The notes under the pieces are model-generated. The model made no database searches. It saw nothing but the letters and a program-made list of their open reading frames with translations, and was not told the DNA's origin. Position numbers and translations under genes: made by a program. DNA of 54,983 nt. Origin: a virus. Below, in pieces: positions 7,923 through 16,966 of this stretch; the stretch's first letter is position 1; each line of letters starts with the position of its first letter. The stretch is from the IMG/VR virus record IMGVR_UViG_3300006948_000003, positions 1 through 54,983 of that record. One strand, given 5' to 3'.

Positions 7923-9026
7923 ATGCCGGTCAGCCCCGACATGGCCGAGGACCTCGCGGCCGCCGTGTCCACGCTGTACGAGCAGGCCGAACTGGCCCTC
8001 ATCGAGAAGATCGCAACGGCCCTCGCTGCCGGACTCGACTCCCCGCTGTGGGCCAGCCTGAAGCTGAACGCGGTCGGCAGCCTGCGCACGGCGATCGAGG
8101 ACATCATCACCGCGCTTCAGACTGACGCGTCCGGCGCGATCCACCGGGCTGTCTCGGAGGCGTACGGCCGCGGGACGCAGGCTGCTGTCGCCGAGCTCGG
8201 CGCGCTCGCCCCGCACGTAGCGTTGATCCCCGCGGGCACGCGCACGGTGGACAGGCTCGCGGGCGCGCTCGTACAAGAGACGGGCCCCGTCCACATGCGG
8301 ATGCTCCGCACCGGCCTCGACGTGTACCGGCAGGTGATCGCCGAGGCCACATCAGCTCCCCTCCTGGGGGCAACGACCCGCAGGGAGGCGGCGGGGAGGG
8401 CCCTGGCCCGGTTCGCGAACCGTGGAGTGACGGGATTCGTGGACCGGGCCGGACGGCCATGGAACATGACCTCGTACGTGGAGATGGCCACCCGGTCCGC
8501 GCTCGGGCGTGCGGCAGTGGACGCGCACACGGAGCAGCTGGCGGCGGCCGGAGTTGACCTCGTCATCGTGTCGGATGCCCCGGAGGAGTGCCCGCGCTGC
8601 AAGCCGTGGGAGGGCAAGGTGCTGCGCCGCAGCGGCCCCTCCGGACCGGACACCGTCGAGGTCCAGCACACCACCCAGGACGACCGTACGGTCCGCGTCC
8701 GCGTGGCCGGCAGTCTCCCGGAGGCCCGCGCCGCAGGGCTGTTCCATCCGAACTGCCGCCACAACGTCAGCGCGTATCTGCCCGGGGTGACGCGGCCGCG
8801 ACCGAAGCCGCCGTCGAGGGCGTCGTACGAGCAGTCGCAGCAGCAGCGGTATCTCGAGCGGCAGGTCCGCAAGTGGAAGCGCGAGGCTGCCGGGGCGATC
8901 GACGACGCGAAGAAGACCCGGGCGAATGCGAAGGTCCGCGAGTACCAGGGCCGCATCCGCGAGCTGGTCGGGGAGACCGGGCTGCCGCGCAAGTCCCGCC
9001 GCGAGCAACTCGGCGCCGCGCGCTGA
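7923..9026 (+). CDS. MuF-like minor capsid / head morphogenesis protein
   Basis: 367 aa. Contains CPRCKPWEGKV and HPNCRHN motifs, typical of the SPP1 gp7 / Mu F family. Sits after the portal. Confidence 0.8.
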   Translation: MPVSPDMAEDLAAAVSTLYEQAELALIEKIATALAAGLDSPLWASLKLNAVGSLRTAIEDIITALQTDASGAIHRAVSEAYGRGTQAAVAELGALAPHVALIPAGTRTVDRLAGALVQETGPVHMRMLRTGLDVYRQVIAEATSAPLLGATTRREAAGRALARFANRGVTGFVDRAGRPWNMTSYVEMATRSALGRAAVDAHTEQLAAAGVDLVIVSDAPEECPRCKPWEGKVLRRSGPSGPDTVEVQHTTQDDRTVRVRVAGSLPEARAAGLFHPNCRHNVSAYLPGVTRPRPKPPSRASYEQSQQQRYLERQVRKWKREAAGAIDDAKKTRANAKVREYQGRIRELVGETGLPRKSRREQLGAAR

Positions 9027-9035
9027 CACAGACTT

Positions 9036-9176
9036 CCGCCCGCCTGGTGCGGGCGGAGCACCACCGATCCGCCAGGCGCGGGTCACTCCTGAGCGGCCCG
9101 CCAGGCGCAGGCCGCAACGCACCACCCACCGGGACCGCCAGGCGCGGCCCGAACCCACATGCCCGCCAGGCGCGGG
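9036..9176. repeat. Hairpin plus five phased copies of CCGCC(A/T)GG(C/T)GC(G/A)GG
   Basis: Copies start at 9040, 9069, 9098, 9135 and 9163. The first sits in the hairpin ccgcccgc/gcgggcgg (9036-9056). Lies in the intergenic region between the MuF-like and scaffold genes. Confidence 0.8.
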
Positions 9177-9199
9177 CGACCACAGCCCTGGAGGGCGCA

Positions 9200-9988
9200 A
9201 TGCGGAAGAAGACCCTGCCCCGACTCGCAGGCACCGGCTGGGCACACCCGTACGGCCACGGCCCTTTCTCCCCGTTCCTGTACGCGGACGGAGGGGACGG
9301 CGGCGGCTCCGGATCCGGCAGCGGAGACGGCGGTGACGCAGGCGCAGGCGATGGCGGCGGCTCCGGTGACGGAGGAGGCTCCAGCAACGGAGACGGCGGC
9401 CAAGGCTCCGGCGACGGAGGCGGCCAGGGCAAGGACGGCCAGGGTGACGACCTCTCAGCCACCGTGAAGCGGCTGGAGAAGGAACTCGCCGACGCCCGCC
9501 GCGACGCGGGTAAGGCGCGCACCGACGCCAAGAAGCAGGCCGCCGACGACGCCGTCAAGGCGCTCACCCAGCAACTCGGCAAGGCGCTCGGCTTCGTCAA
9601 GGACGACACCCCGCCCGACCCGAAGGCCCTCGCCGACGCGATCGCGCAGAAGGACACCACGATCGGCCAGAAGGACGCGGCCCTGCGCGCGAAGGACGTC
9701 GAACTCGCCGTCTGGTCGCGGGCCGACAAGCTCCAGGCCAAGGCCGGCGCCCTCCTCGACTCGCGTTCGTTCGTCGCTGCGATCGCCGAACTCGACCCCT
9801 CCGACAAGGGCTTCAACGACGCGCTCGACAAGGCCATCAAGGAAGCGGTCGACGGCAACAAGGCCGCCTTCGCTGTGACCCCGCCCGCGGGGAAGTCCGG
9901 TGCGGACCTGTCCGGCGGCACCCGCGAAGGCTCGGCCAAGCGCTCCGGGTCGCTCGCAGGGGCGATCTCGAATCACTACGGAAACTGA
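9200..9988 (+). CDS. Scaffolding protein candidate with a Gly/Asp/Ser-rich N-terminal region
   Basis: ORF track 8588..9988. ATG at 9200 follows GGAGGG. Has a GDGG repeat tract, then a Lys/Ala/Asp-rich helical region. Sits directly upstream of the capsid gene. Confidence 0.7.
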   Translation: MRKKTLPRLAGTGWAHPYGHGPFSPFLYADGGDGGGSGSGSGDGGDAGAGDGGGSGDGGGSSNGDGGQGSGDGGGQGKDGQGDDLSATVKRLEKELADARRDAGKARTDAKKQAADDAVKALTQQLGKALGFVKDDTPPDPKALADAIAQKDTTIGQKDAALRAKDVELAVWSRADKLQAKAGALLDSRSFVAAIAELDPSDKGFNDALDKAIKEAVDGNKAAFAVTPPAGKSGADLSGGTREGSAKRSGSLAGAISNHYGN

Positions 9989-10003
9989 CCTCAGGAGTAC
10001 CCC

Positions 10004-11068
10004 ATGCCCGTGACGCTCGCTCAGGCGCAGCTCAACACGACGGCGGACATCGACTTCGCCGTCATCGACAACCTCCGCCGCAACTCGTGGCTGTTCAACA
10101 ACATGGTCTGGGACGACACCGTCACCCCGGGCACGGGCGGCGCCGCGCTGACCTACGGCTACACCCGGCTCCTCGCCCCGTCCATGGCGTCGTTCCGGCG
10201 GTTCAACGAGGAGTACGTCCCCAACCAGGCGACCCGCGAGCGTAAGACGGTCGAACTCCACCCGCTGGGTGGATCGTGGACCGTGGACCGCAAGCTCGCC
10301 CGGCTCGGCCCGGCACAGTCCAACGAGACCACCTTCCAGCTGGCGCAGAAGCTCACCAGCATGCGGACGCGTTTCCAGCAGGAGCTGATCCTCGGCGACA
10401 CCGCAGTCGACGACACCGGGTTCGACGGTCTCGACAAGGCCCTGACGGGTCAGTCCACGGAGTACCTGCCGCTCGCCGAGGGCATCACCACGGGATACCT
10501 CGACTGGTCTCCGGCGACGGTGACCACCGAGGACATCGCCATGAGCGCGTTCGACGCGTTCGACGACTTCCTCTCCCGGATCATGGGCTCGCAGACCGGA
10601 TCCGGTGACACTGGCGCCGACGGCTCGGTCCCCGCCGGGGTCAAGGCGGTACTCGGCAACACCAAGTCGATCAGCCGCATCAAGTCCCTGGCCCGCCGCG
10701 CCTCGCAGTTCACCAGCGAGCGCAACGACCTTGGCATGCTCATCGAGCGGTACGGCGACTGGGTCCTCGTGGACCTCGGCGACCGCGCCGACGGCTCCGC
10801 CCCGATCATCCCCATCCGTTCGGCGGACACCGACGGCGGCGGCGCGGGCGGCGTCATCACCGGCCTGACCGACATCTACGCCGTCAGCCTCGGTCTGGAC
10901 GCCTTCCACGGTGCCGCGATGGCGGGCACCCCGCTCGTCGAGACCTACCTGCCCGACTTCACCCAGCCCGGAGCGGTCAAGTCCGGTGAGGTCGAGATGG
11001 GCCCGGTCGCGGCCGTCCTCCGCAACACCAAGAGCTGCGGCGTCCTGCGCAACGTGAAGGTGCGGTGA
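10004..11068 (+). CDS. Major capsid protein
   Basis: 354 aa. Position after the scaffold gene, size and composition fit a major capsid protein. Confidence 0.85.
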   Translation: MPVTLAQAQLNTTADIDFAVIDNLRRNSWLFNNMVWDDTVTPGTGGAALTYGYTRLLAPSMASFRRFNEEYVPNQATRERKTVELHPLGGSWTVDRKLARLGPAQSNETTFQLAQKLTSMRTRFQQELILGDTAVDDTGFDGLDKALTGQSTEYLPLAEGITTGYLDWSPATVTTEDIAMSAFDAFDDFLSRIMGSQTGSGDTGADGSVPAGVKAVLGNTKSISRIKSLARRASQFTSERNDLGMLIERYGDWVLVDLGDRADGSAPIIPIRSADTDGGGAGGVITGLTDIYAVSLGLDAFHGAAMAGTPLVETYLPDFTQPGAVKSGEVEMGPVAAVLRNTKSCGVLRNVKVR

Positions 11069-11550
11069 TCAGCGTGACCAAGTTCCGGATCGAAGCCCCC
11101 GTCCGCTCCTTCAGCGGCGAGTCCGTCGGGGTGTCCTTCAACAAGGGCACCGGCTACGTCGACGACTCGACGAAGGAAGGCCGCGCGGCCATCGAGTACT
11201 TCCGCCGTCAGGGCTACGGCCTCTTCCCCGCCGACGAGGCCACCGAGGACGCCACCGAGACCGGCTCGGACGTTGACGCACTGACGAACCTCGGCCACGG
11301 CTCCGCGCCGTCCGTCGGCTTCGGCATGGGCGTCCAGACGGAGCCGCTCACCCCGGTCGACTACGACCCGTCCAAGCACAGCCAGGACGAGGTGATCGCC
11401 TACCTCGACGCCTCCAACGACGAAGAGGTCCAGCGCATCAAGGCCGCCGAGTCCGTAGGCAAGGACCGCAAGCAGATCGCCGCCTACGAGCGGAAGACAA
11501 CCCCCGCCCCGCAGACCAGCGGTGACGACCAGAAGGGAGCCGAGCAGTGA
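11065..11550 (+). CDS. Hypothetical head-associated protein
   Basis: ORF track, 161 aa. GTGA overlap with the capsid gene stop. Confidence 0.7.
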   Translation: MISVTKFRIEAPVRSFSGESVGVSFNKGTGYVDDSTKEGRAAIEYFRRQGYGLFPADEATEDATETGSDVDALTNLGHGSAPSVGFGMGVQTEPLTPVDYDPSKHSQDEVIAYLDASNDEEVQRIKAAESVGKDRKQIAAYERKTTPAPQTSGDDQKGAEQ

Positions 11551-12113
11551 CACTCCTCGGCACATTCAAGGGGAACCCCCGCAACGACCTCGGCTGGCTC
11601 AACAGCGCCGGCCGTCCGGACCCGGACGTCACCTTCCACCGAACGAACCTGCCGCGCGTGGGCCTGGACGACGTCCCGGCCGCCGCGACCGGCGTCATGT
11701 GCTCGGTCGCCCTGTACCTCCAGGACGGCGACCTCATCGCCAACCTGACGTTCGTCAGCGCGGGCACGGCCGCCGGCACGCCCACGAACTACTTCGCGGC
11801 CCTCTACAGCGGGGCCGGGGCGCTGCTCGCGCAGTCCGCAGACCAACTCACCGCAGCGTGGGCCGCGGACACCGCGAAGACGTTCGCCCTCGCGACGGCG
11901 CAGAGGATCACCAAGTCGGGCATCTACTACGCGGCGCTGTCGGTGACTGCGACGACGGTGCCGACGCTGGTGGGCTCGCTCGGCGCGAAGCCCGTGCTGA
12001 CCGGTGAGGGCAACCTCTCCCAGACGTCCGGCTCCGGCCTCACGGCCACCGCCCCGGCGACGATCGCCACTCCCGCCTTCAAGCGGCACGTGCCGCTCGT
12101 CATCGCGACCTGA
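11547..12113 (+). CDS. Hypothetical structural protein
   Basis: ORF track, 188 aa. GTGA overlap with the preceding gene. Confidence 0.7.
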   Translation: MTLLGTFKGNPRNDLGWLNSAGRPDPDVTFHRTNLPRVGLDDVPAAATGVMCSVALYLQDGDLIANLTFVSAGTAAGTPTNYFAALYSGAGALLAQSADQLTAAWAADTAKTFALATAQRITKSGIYYAALSVTATTVPTLVGSLGAKPVLTGEGNLSQTSGSGLTATAPATIATPAFKRHVPLVIAT

Positions 12114-12125
12114 GGGGGTTGAGGC

Positions 12126-12638
12126 ATGGGACTCACTGGAGCTCAGCTCTCCGTCGCAGCGGCCGGCACGCTGACCGCGGCGCTCGACCTCGGCACGGGA
12201 TCGGCGCCGCAGAACCTGGCCCGGTCCATGACCTTGGGCAACGGCACCGGGGCCGGGAACGCGGACCGGCTGTTCGCGGACCGGCGCACGCTGGCCGCGT
12301 CGGCGACCGAGGATCTCGACCTGGCGGGCGTGCTGCTCGACGCGTTCGGTGCGGCGGTCACGTTCGCCCGGATCAAGGGCCTGATCATCGCGGCGGCGGT
12401 CGGGAACACGAACAACGTGGTGGTCGGCGCGGCAGCGTCGAATCCGTGGGCCACGCTGCTCAGCGCCACCGGCACAGTGACGCTGCGGCCGGGCGCGTTC
12501 ATCGCGGTCGGGACGGCGGCGACAGATGCGACCGGGTACGCGGTCACCGCGGCCACGGCCGATCTCCTGAAGATCGCCAACTCGGGTGCGGGCACGTCGG
12601 TGACGTACGACATCCACATCATCGGCGCGTCCGCGTAG
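12126..12638 (+). CDS. Hypothetical structural protein (Ala/Gly/Thr-rich)
   Basis: ORF track, 170 aa. ATG follows GGGGGTTGAGGC. Confidence 0.7.
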   Translation: MGLTGAQLSVAAAGTLTAALDLGTGSAPQNLARSMTLGNGTGAGNADRLFADRRTLAASATEDLDLAGVLLDAFGAAVTFARIKGLIIAAAVGNTNNVVVGAAASNPWATLLSATGTVTLRPGAFIAVGTAATDATGYAVTAATADLLKIANSGAGTSVTYDIHIIGASA

Positions 12639-12657
12639 CCGATCCATGTAGCGATCG

Positions 12658-12677
12658 GGGAGGCCTTCGGGCCTCCC
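12658..12677 (+). terminator. 8-bp stem with a UUCG tetraloop in the middle of the structural operon
   Basis: gggaggcc (12658-12665), ttcg loop, ggcctccc (12670-12677). Confidence 0.5.
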
Positions 12678-12705
12678 TGTCGCATCCCCAGGGAGGAGCG
12701 CGCCC

Positions 12706-13152
12706 ATGGGAAATTTGGTGTTCAACCGGGCACTCGGACGCTTGGCGGCCTATGCCGACCTGCCTACCCCGAACGATGCGTTTGTTCTGGTCCCGCTGGA
12801 GCTTGCAGGGCTGGAAACCGATGCTGTACTTCGCGACAAGGACACCCTTGCCGACGTGGTGTCGGGGGCAACGAACGAACAGGTCACCGTCGGGCGCAAG
12901 ACCCTCGTCAACGTCACCGTCACCGTGGACGACACGAACGACCGTGTGGCCATCGACGCTGACAACGTCACCTGGTCTTCGCCCACCGGAAATCCGATCG
13001 GTGCAGTCGCTGTTTTCTACGACCCGGATACCACCACTGGCACGGATGCGGATCTGATTCCGCTCACCAAGGCCGATCTCTCCTGGTCTCCGGACGGAAT
13101 CGCGTTCACTCTGAACATCGCTGATCTCTTCCGGGCCAGTTCCACCGGGTAG
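12706..13152 (+). CDS. Hypothetical protein with visibly lower GC than its neighbours
   Basis: ORF track, 148 aa. ATG follows GGGAGGAG. More A/T-ending codons than flanking genes. Confidence 0.7.
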   Translation: MGNLVFNRALGRLAAYADLPTPNDAFVLVPLELAGLETDAVLRDKDTLADVVSGATNEQVTVGRKTLVNVTVTVDDTNDRVAIDADNVTWSSPTGNPIGAVAVFYDPDTTTGTDADLIPLTKADLSWSPDGIAFTLNIADLFRASSTG

Positions 13153-13156
13153 CGCC

Positions 13157-14167
13157 GTGGCCAGCTTCAGCGACAACTTCGGCCGCCCCGACGGGAGCCC
13201 CGGCGCCAACTGGGTTCTGGTCTCGGGTCCCTGGACGATCATCTCTCAGCAGCTCTCGGCGGGCACGGCGGGCGGCACCGTCGTCATCCGTGCCGCCACG
13301 GCGATGGACACCAGCGATCACTCGGCGCAGGTGACGATCGCCGCGACCACGTCCGCCAGTCAGGGCGTGTGGTGTCGCGGTGACTCCACCCTTTCGCAGG
13401 GCTATCTGTGGCGTAACAACGGCTCGGTCTGGGCGCTCTTCAGCGTCGTGGCCGGGGTGTTCACCAGCATCGGCACCTACAGCGCAGCGGCAGTTGCGGG
13501 TGATGTCGCGAAGATCCAGGCCGTCGGATCGACGATCAAGGGCTTCGTCGGCGGCGTCGAGCGCGTCTCCGTCGTCAATTCGGCCGTCACGACCGGCACG
13601 GGCACCGGCGTCCGCGCCGATTCAACCGGCGGGCTCAGGTTCGACGACTTCCTCGCCGCGGACGTGACCGCAGGCGCCACCCTCGGTGTCGCGACTGCAG
13701 CAGAGGCGGCCCAGCCGCTCACCGGAGCGAAGGCAGCAACCCTCGGCACCGCCACGGAAACCAGTGCCGCGCAGGCGCTCACTGGCTCCAAGACAGGCAC
13801 TCTCGGCATCGCAGCCGCCCTCGAATCCGCACAGCCACTGACCGGCAGTAAGTCGGCAACGCTCAGCACCGCATTCGCCACCGAGACAGCGCAGCCTGTC
13901 ACGGGAGCGAAGACCGCAGCTCTGGGCACCGCCGCAGCATCTGAGGCGGCGCAGCAACTGATCGGCAGCAAGCAGGCAACGCTCGCCGTCGCGGCAGAGA
14001 CTTCCACAGCCCAGCCGCTCACCTTCGTCGGCCCGCAACAGAGGCCGGCCGACCGGCTCGCCGCCAGCGTGCCCGGTCCGGCCCTGACGGCGTCCACTCG
14101 CGGCCCGCTTCTGGTCGCGGTCAACAGCGGCCCGCGCTTGGCGGCCACCACGACGACAGGAGGCTGA
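13157..14167 (+). CDS. Protein with an N-terminal lectin/LamG-like beta region and six tandem ~20-aa repeats
   Basis: ORF track, 336 aa. Repeat consensus is roughly ATLGxAxxxExAQPLTG(A/S)K. Confidence 0.75.
   Translation: MASFSDNFGRPDGSPGANWVLVSGPWTIISQQLSAGTAGGTVVIRAATAMDTSDHSAQVTIAATTSASQGVWCRGDSTLSQGYLWRNNGSVWALFSVVAGVFTSIGTYSAAAVAGDVAKIQAVGSTIKGFVGGVERVSVVNSAVTTGTGTGVRADSTGGLRFDDFLAADVTAGATLGVATAAEAAQPLTGAKAATLGTATETSAAQALTGSKTGTLGIAAALESAQPLTGSKSATLSTAFATETAQPVTGAKTAALGTAAASEAAQQLIGSKQATLAVAAETSTAQPLTFVGPQQRPADRLAASVPGPALTASTRGPLLVAVNSGPRLAATTTTGG
13672..14030 (+). repeat. Six tandem ~60-nt coding repeats
   Basis: Units end in ...ccgctcaccggagcgaag, ...gcgctcactggctccaag, ...ccactgaccggcagtaag, ...cctgtcacgggagcgaag and ...caactgatcggcagcaag. 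The sixth, 3'-most unit ends ...ccgctcaccttc instead of in an aag codon. Confidence 0.85.
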
Positions 14168-14169
14168 CC

Positions 14170-14850
14170 ATGCCCGACGTGGGAGACTTCGTCACCGCAA
14201 CGCTGACCGTGGACCCGTTCGACGGGACCACCGCAGCGGCGCTGCTGGTAACCCGGCCGGACGGCACCACGGCGAGCCCGGTCGTCACAGGCGCGGGCGG
14301 CGGGCAGACGTGGACGGCCCCGGTGACCTACACGCTGGCCGGGCTGTGGCGGCTGTCGTGGACCGTGACCGGGATGGGCGCCAGCGTCGAGCACGAGATC
14401 GTGTCCGTCGCCCCGGCCCCTGCCGTGACGGCGTCCGGGCGCGTGTACGCGACGACGACGCAACTCGCCAACACCCTCCACGCGGCACCCCCGTTGGACG
14501 CCGTGCAGCAGCTGGAGAACGCGTCGAAAGCATTGGACGACGCACTCCTGACCGCCGTGTACGACACCGACACCGACGGCATGCCCACCCACTCCGACGT
14601 GATCGCAGCATTCGCGGAAGCGGTCTGCTACATCGTCGAATGGTGGGGCGAGACCGGCGACCAGGTCGGCGCCCTCGGCGGCTGGGACTCCGTGTCGGCT
14701 GGCCCGGTCAGCCTGTCTGGCGGCTCCGGTGGCGCGGCGGGCACACCGATCGCAGCGGGGGCCCTTCCGCCCCGCGCGGCGGCCGTCCTGCACCGGCTGG
14801 ACCCCGCCGTGTTCCGGCTCGGAGTCATCGGGGCGGGCTGCACATGGTGA
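14170..14850 (+). CDS. Head-to-tail adaptor/connector candidate
   Basis: ORF track, 226 aa. ATG follows CAGGAGG. First of four small genes before the major tail gene. Confidence 0.55.
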   Translation: MPDVGDFVTATLTVDPFDGTTAAALLVTRPDGTTASPVVTGAGGGQTWTAPVTYTLAGLWRLSWTVTGMGASVEHEIVSVAPAPAVTASGRVYATTTQLANTLHAAPPLDAVQQLENASKALDDALLTAVYDTDTDGMPTHSDVIAAFAEAVCYIVEWWGETGDQVGALGGWDSVSAGPVSLSGGSGGAAGTPIAAGALPPRAAAVLHRLDPAVFRLGVIGAGCTW

Positions 14851-15164
14851 GGCAGGTCCCGGCCTTCCTGCTACGGCACACGGTCACCGTCGAGGCCTAC
14901 CAGGGCTCGACCAGCAGGGGCGATGTCTACGCGGCACCTGCTTCGGTGCGCTGCCTGTTCGACGAGACCACGAAGCAGGTCACCACACCGGGCGGCCAGA
15001 AGGTCACCTCCGGCTCGAACTACATCACCGGCCCCGACCACCGGCCCCCGCTGAACAGCCGCGTGACGCTGCCAGACGGCCGGATCACGAAGGTCATCAC
15101 GGTCAGCCGCGTCGATGGCGCAGGGCTGCCAGTGCCGTCCAACACGCAGGTGTTCCTCGAATAG
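14844..15164 (+). CDS. Head-tail connector (head closure) candidate
   Basis: ORF track 14310..15164. ATG at 14844 overlaps the previous stop. Translation MVRQVPAFLLRHTVTVEAYQG... (106 aa). Confidence 0.55.
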   Translation: MVRQVPAFLLRHTVTVEAYQGSTSRGDVYAAPASVRCLFDETTKQVTTPGGQKVTSGSNYITGPDHRPPLNSRVTLPDGRITKVITVSRVDGAGLPVPSNTQVFLE

Positions 15165-15175
15165 GAGGCGCGATC

Positions 15176-15526
15176 GTGGCGCGGAACTTCCGACTCCGAT
15201 TCGACGGGACTACCGCGGCACGGCAGATGCGCGAAGGCGCCGTCCGCGGCTTGCAGTTGGCGACCGAGCATGTCCTTCAGCTGTCCAACGAGGTCGTCCC
15301 GCTGGACGAGTCGGAGCTGCAGCGCTCCGGGACCGCGAGCGTGGACGAGGCCTCGCTGACCGGGGTGATCTCGTACGACACCCCGTACGCGGTGCGCCAG
15401 CACGAAGAGCTGAGGTGGCGTCACGCCCCCGGCCGGACCGCGAAGTACTTGGAGAACAGCCTCAATGCGGCCCGAACCGAGGTTGCGGCGATCATCGCGG
15501 CCGAGATGAGGCGGGCGATGCGGTGA
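15176..15526 (+). CDS. HK97 gp10-like head-tail joining protein candidate
   Basis: ORF track 14729..15526. GTG at 15176 follows AGGAGG. Contains YDTPYAVRQHE. Confidence 0.6.
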   Translation: MARNFRLRFDGTTAARQMREGAVRGLQLATEHVLQLSNEVVPLDESELQRSGTASVDEASLTGVISYDTPYAVRQHEELRWRHAPGRTAKYLENSLNAARTEVAAIIAAEMRRAMR

Positions 15527-15954
15527 CCTACACCAACGACCTCCTCAACGGAATCGCCGCCCTCCTCGACGCAGAGGGCGTCGGGGTGTTCCGCGAGGAC
15601 GGCGTCATCGAGCCGGACGAAGTGGGCCTCTTCCGCGGCGTGATGCCCGACGAGCCGGATACGGCCATCGGGATCACCGACTACCCGGTCGCCGACGACG
15701 ACACCACCAACGCGATCACCGGAGTCCAGTTCCGGATGCGTGCCGGCCGCGACCCGAACCTGATCGCCGAACTGGCGGACACCGTCTTCGGCCTGCTGCA
15801 CAGCCGCCGCCACTACGAGGTCAACGGCGTCCACATCGAACTGTCGTGGCGGCAGTCGCAGGCCTGGATCGGCCAGGACCCGCAAGGGCGCATGGAACTG
15901 ACCAGCAACTTTTACTTCCGGGCCGTGCGGTCCGGGGCCTACCTCAATGACTGA
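15523..15954 (+). CDS. Tail terminator candidate
   Basis: ORF track 15115..15954. GTGA overlap at 15523 (143 aa). Sits immediately upstream of the major tail gene. Confidence 0.55.
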   Translation: MTYTNDLLNGIAALLDAEGVGVFREDGVIEPDEVGLFRGVMPDEPDTAIGITDYPVADDDTTNAITGVQFRMRAGRDPNLIAELADTVFGLLHSRRHYEVNGVHIELSWRQSQAWIGQDPQGRMELTSNFYFRAVRSGAYLND

Positions 15955-15965
15955 GAGGGATCGAC

Positions 15966-16433
15966 ATGACCACTCCCGTGACCGCACTCCAGCGCCGGTG
16001 GAAGCTGGACATTGACCTGTCCGCAGCCAAGGACGGATCGAACTGGAACACGGTCATCGGCGTGACGGACTTCAGCCCGTCCGCCGAGCCGAACATCGAG
16101 GACTCCTCCGACTACGACTCCGGCGGGTGGGCGGGCAACACCAAGACCGGGCAGGCGTGGGAAGCCAGCGTCACGATCAACCGGCGCATCAACGACCAGA
16201 CGAAGGTCTACCACGTCACCCACGAGGCTCTCCGTGTGGCCGCGTACTCCTTCGGGTCTGCCTCGCAGGTCCACGTCCGCTACTACGACCGCGACGGCCT
16301 CCCCGAGGCGTACGAGGGCACCGCGCTGGTGACGTGGGCGCCGTCCGGCGGCGAGACCACCGCCCTGGACCAGGTCGAGATCACCCTCACGGGTGACGGC
16401 CCGCTGCTGCTCATCACGAACCCGGCGCCCTGA
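15966..16433 (+). CDS. Major tail (tube) protein
   Basis: 155 aa. Sits directly upstream of the chaperone and tape measure genes. Confidence 0.75.
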   Translation: MTTPVTALQRRWKLDIDLSAAKDGSNWNTVIGVTDFSPSAEPNIEDSSDYDSGGWAGNTKTGQAWEASVTINRRINDQTKVYHVTHEALRVAAYSFGSASQVHVRYYDRDGLPEAYEGTALVTWAPSGGETTALDQVEITLTGDGPLLLITNPAP

Positions 16434-16966
16434 TGGCAGGCGGCACGTTCGAGGCACTCGACGACTTCCTCGACGACGGAATCACCCTGCCCGTACGCGG
16501 CAAGGATGACGTGGTCCGCGAGTACCACATCGCAGACCCGTCCGCCGAGGCCGGGCTCAGGATCGACCGCATCACCACCCTGGCGGCTCGCCTGGCTGCC
16601 GGGCAGGCGGCACCGGAGCAGCCGGTCCTCGACGACGACGAGGAGCGGGACCTGTACCGGCTCTGCCTCGGCGACGCCTACCCCAGCCTTAAGGCCGACC
16701 TGTCCTGGTCCATGTTCAAACACGTCGCGCTCACCGTGATGTTCTGGATCACCGCCGACGAGGAGACCGCGCTGGAGTACTGGCGCACCGGCGAGGCCCC
16801 GGGAAAAGCGGGGAAGAACCGGGCGGAGCGGCGGCAGATGTCGCGCGCCTCCTCGGCAAAGGGTGCGGCGAACTCGACCCGGTCACCGGCCTCTACGAGT
16901 GGTACGAAGGCGGCGTCCAAGCGCCGAAGCAAGGGCGGGGGCGGACATCCCCGCCGCTCGATCTGA
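16433..16966 (+). CDS. Tail assembly chaperone (G, zero-frame product)
   Basis: ORF track, 177 aa. Acidic N-terminal part. Contains the slippery heptamer at 16801-16807. Confidence 0.8.
   Translation: MAGGTFEALDDFLDDGITLPVRGKDDVVREYHIADPSAEAGLRIDRITTLAARLAAGQAAPEQPVLDDDEERDLYRLCLGDAYPSLKADLSWSMFKHVALTVMFWITADEETALEYWRTGEAPGKAGKNRAERRQMSRASSAKGAANSTRSPASTSGTKAASKRRSKGGGGHPRRSI

Noticed and set aside
9036-9176. CRISPR-like appearance of regularly spaced repeats
   Set aside because: The repeats are only 14 nt and degenerate. The spacers are 14-23 nt and GC-rich. There are no cas genes, and the array sits in an intergenic gap of the head operon.
13672-14030. Tandem 60-nt repeats as a possible diversity-generating retroelement target or CRISPR array
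   Set aside because: No reverse transcriptase or template repeat exists in the genome. The repeats are in frame and encode a coherent 20-aa peptide repeat.
16808-16966. Zero-frame tail of the tail chaperone as a functional basic domain
   Set aside because: The composition (NRAERRQMSRASSAKGAANSTRSPASTSGTKAASKRRSKGGGGHPRRSI) looks like an off-frame reading of the T segment. I cannot decide without proteomics, so no separate function was called.
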